Assembly: GCA_002422795.1 (NCBI GenBank)
Contig: DITJ01000091.1
Location: 1-56,484 of the forward strand
Direction: 5' to 3'
Source of the DNA: Alphaproteobacteria bacterium UBA6187
Lineage (GTDB): Bacteria; Pseudomonadota; Alphaproteobacteria; Rickettsiales; UBA6187
DNA length: 56,484 nucleotides
The position numbers and the translations under genes were made by a program. The notes beneath the pieces were generated by a model. That model saw only the letters and a list, made by a program, of their open reading frames with translations. It did no database searches and had not been told where the DNA came from. Within the stretch, counting starts at the first letter, position 1. Every line of letters begins with the position of its first letter. This document shows positions 55,129 through 56,484 of the stretch, piece by piece.

Positions 55129-56408
55129 AAATTATACTCACCATTAATGCAGGCTCATCCAGTATAAAATTTGCCCTATACCAATTCATTATCAAAACAA
55201 CACTAGGAGTGCAAGGCAAAGAGGGCGTAAGCGTAGTTAATCCTACGTGCGCACCGATGCGCCGCAGCACAACAACGTGTTGTGAAGATAATGGATTGGT
55301 ATTATATGAGAAGGAAGGATGCAGGCTGCTATATAATGGTTCTATAAATAATTTATTGGAAGCCCCAATATTTAAAGTGCGGGATGATAAGCACCAGAGC
55401 GTTATTGAAAAAAGCCTGCCCGGTACAGGGCATATAAGTGCCTTAGAAGCATTGGTGCAATGGATAGGGGTAAATGCTAAAGGAATAAAAATATCAGCAA
55501 TAGGCCACCGCGTTGTGCATGGCGGCAAAAGTTATTCACAGCCGGTTATAATCACACCGGAAATAGTTACGGAACTTGAAAAACTAATTCCCCTTGCGCC
55601 ACTACATCAGCCTTACAATGTGGAAGCAATAAAAATTATGATGGCTTTATTTCCTTCGGCTCCGCAAATTGCCTGTTTCGATACTGCTTTCCACAGCACT
55701 GGAAACCATCTTGCCCGGCTTTATGCCATGCCGCGCAAATATATGGAAGAAGGCATTATCCGCTATGGCTTTCACGGGCTTTCTTATGAATATATTGCAT
55801 CCATGCTGCCTGAATTTGCAGGAGAAAAAGCCGATAGTAAAGTAATAGTTGCCCATTTAGGCAATGGCTCCAGCATGTGTGCTATGTATAAGCGTAAATC
55901 TGTTGCAACCACTATGGGGTTTACAGCCCTTGAAGGGCTGGTGATGGGTACAAGGGCTGGCAGCATTGACCCTGGCATTATATTATATCTACAGCAACAC
56001 CATAAATTAAGCGTGGGTGAGGTTGAGCATTTACTTTATAAGGAATCCGGACTGCTTGGTGTATCTGGAATCAGCCATGATGTGGAAGTGCTGCAAAAAA
56101 GTGATAGCCCCAACGCCAAAGAAGCGCTGGATTTATTCTGCTACCGGGCTAGCCAGGAGCTTGCAAAGCTTGTATCATCACTGCAAGGCATTGATGTTTT
56201 GGTATTTACCGCAGGTATCGGCGAGAATTCTATTTTAATACGCAGACAAATATGTGAATTAACAGCATGGCTGGGAATCAAAATTGATGAGGACGCGAAT
56301 GCCCTGCATAAACCACAGATAAGCCTGCCGACAAGCCCTGTTGCAGTTTATGTAATTCCTACCAATGAAGAATTAATGATAGCTAAGTATGTATTAAACC
56401 TGCTTTAA
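55125..56408 (+). CDS. ackA: Acetate kinase carrying an in-frame palindromic insert
   Basis: INAGSSSIKF, GFHGLSYEY, HLGNGSS and FTAGIGENS motifs. A ~40-aa insert after the first strand is encoded by the repeat at 55181-55299. Confidence 0.9.
   Translation: MKIILTINAGSSSIKFALYQFIIKTTLGVQGKEGVSVVNPTCAPMRRSTTTCCEDNGLVLYEKEGCRLLYNGSINNLLEAPIFKVRDDKHQSVIEKSLPGTGHISALEALVQWIGVNAKGIKISAIGHRVVHGGKSYSQPVIITPEIVTELEKLIPLAPLHQPYNVEAIKIMMALFPSAPQIACFDTAFHSTGNHLARLYAMPRKYMEEGIIRYGFHGLSYEYIASMLPEFAGEKADSKVIVAHLGNGSSMCAMYKRKSVATTMGFTALEGLVMGTRAGSIDPGIILYLQQHHKLSVGEVEHLLYKESGLLGVSGISHDVEVLQKSDSPNAKEALDLFCYRASQELAKLVSSLQGIDVLVFTAGIGENSILIRRQICELTAWLGIKIDEDANALHKPQISLPTSPVAVYVIPTNEELMIAKYVLNLL
55181..55299. 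repeat. RPE-like palindromic element, copy 2 (in frame within ackA)
   Basis: Outer ccaattcattatc..caacac / gtgttgtgaagataatggattgg, core taggagtgcaaggcaaagagggcgtaagcgtag, central hairpin cgtag-ttaatc-ctacg. Confidence 0.85.
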
Positions 56409-56460
56409 GCTATATTTTCTATAGTGATTTTACTTTTAAATTCCCCATTATTTTGTTATG

Positions 56461-56484
56461 AGCACGTGTCCCCGCGCAGGCGCA
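56461..56484. repeat. Start of another palindromic element, cut by the window edge
   Basis: agcacgtgtcccc resembles ggcacgtgtcccc at 42382. Confidence 0.3.

Overview
The window is a moderately AT-rich bacterial chromosomal segment that looks alphaproteobacterial. The inference rests on gene order and gene fusions: dusB-ntrY-ntrX-trkA, rpmH-rnpA-yidD-yidC, fused ispDF, and etfB-etfA. I call about 52 protein-coding genes, most of them housekeeping. I found no rRNA, tRNA or CRISPR array. Accessory content is as follows. (1) A MazEF-type toxin-antitoxin pair at the left edge. (2) A subtilase autotransporter. (3) A polysaccharide-export module made of a secreted protein, an outer-membrane (OM) beta-barrel, a short outer-membrane polysaccharide export (OPX) protein, a BY-kinase and a PPP-family phosphatase. 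(4) Three family-less ORFs, including a 1006-aa coiled-coil protein with an N-terminal bilobed hydrophobic anchor. (5) A 50-codon IS200-type transposase relic. The most unusual feature is the density and variety of small palindromic repeats. First, a ~120-bp palindromic element sits in frame inside two essential genes, ispDF and ackA, with a third diverged copy in an intergenic region. This resembles the Rickettsia palindromic element (RPE) phenomenon. Second, many hairpins have arms built from degenerate 7-nt tandem repeats, with at least six unrelated heptamer sequences and three families each present twice. Third, there is a MITE family with a tatactcattct terminus (two 163-bp copies plus 41-47-bp collapsed copies). 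Fourth, a gtcat...atgac multi-hairpin family fills a 660-bp intergenic region and brackets the coiled-coil/galE segment in inverted orientation. Several repeats abut gene starts and produce false N-terminal ORF extensions. All functional calls come from motif recognition by eye, and no database search was run.
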